Origin: Paraspadella gotoi
Taxonomy: Eukaryota > Animalia > Chaetognatha
Reading direction: 5' to 3'
Assembly: GCA_051294375.1 (NCBI GenBank)
Contig: CM119265.1
Location: 19,803,218-19,867,217 of the forward strand
DNA length: 64,000 nt
Position numbers and translations under genes: made by a program. The stretch's first letter is position 1. Every line of letters starts with the position of its first letter. Positions 63,743 through 64,000 of this stretch are shown piece after piece. The notes below the pieces were generated by a model. It was given only the letters and a program-made list of their open reading frames with translations. It was not told the DNA's origin and did no database searches.

Positions 63743-64000
63743 ACGGTTAAATGGCGAAATTACGTGACGCGAATCGAATGAAAGATGGCGTGAATATTCG
63801 TTGGCGACATGTGGTTTGCCGTCAATGCAATCAGGAAATCAATCAAACGAGGACCAATGACTCAATTTGCTTGGAAACGAAATATCGATAGACGATGACG
63901 ACGAATATTTTGATAACGAAATCAGCCCAACAACGACGACGACGATGACGACGAATAACTGATAACGATGTTGATGACAACGACGCCGACGATGACAACG
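63015..64000. repeat. Low-complexity region with (GAC)n/(CAA)n trinucleotide tracts
   Basis: Tracts at 63015-63118, 63208-63255, 63685-63742 and 63890-64000. Confidence 0.85.

Overview
Draft-quality eukaryotic (almost certainly animal) genomic DNA with spliceosomal GT-AG introns, dense (GA)n/(CT)n and (GAC)n microsatellites and many indel errors. The species cannot be identified from the sequence. Most ORFs in the supplied track are microsatellite read-throughs, so genes were rebuilt by hand from splice sites and recalled family motifs; no database search was run. Recognisable genes: (1) a multi-exon stonustoxin/verrucotoxin-like MACPF/CDC pore-forming protein (minus, <1-3523, with a degraded inverted copy at 10950-~14895) carrying a possible signal-peptide exon and an acidic/Thr-rich insert; (2) an unknown minus-strand gene with R-x-x-S hexapeptide repeats; (3) a calmodulin-like EF-hand gene; (4) a decayed CR1/L2-like LINE 5' part; (5) two convergent orphan genes; (6) NF-YB hidden by frameshifts; (7) a two-exon NEK-like kinase with a probable Cys-rich, PLAC8-like tail, plus a noisy inverted copy; (8) an ANKFN1/wide-awake homologue. 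Five blocks of 2-5 kb occur twice, as two inverted and three direct duplications. Most abut gaps of exactly 25 N or microsatellites, so they are probably long-read gap-filling artefacts. The best candidates for new biology are the apparently secreted stonustoxin-like protein, the kinase-Cys-rich fusion and the RxxS-repeat protein.
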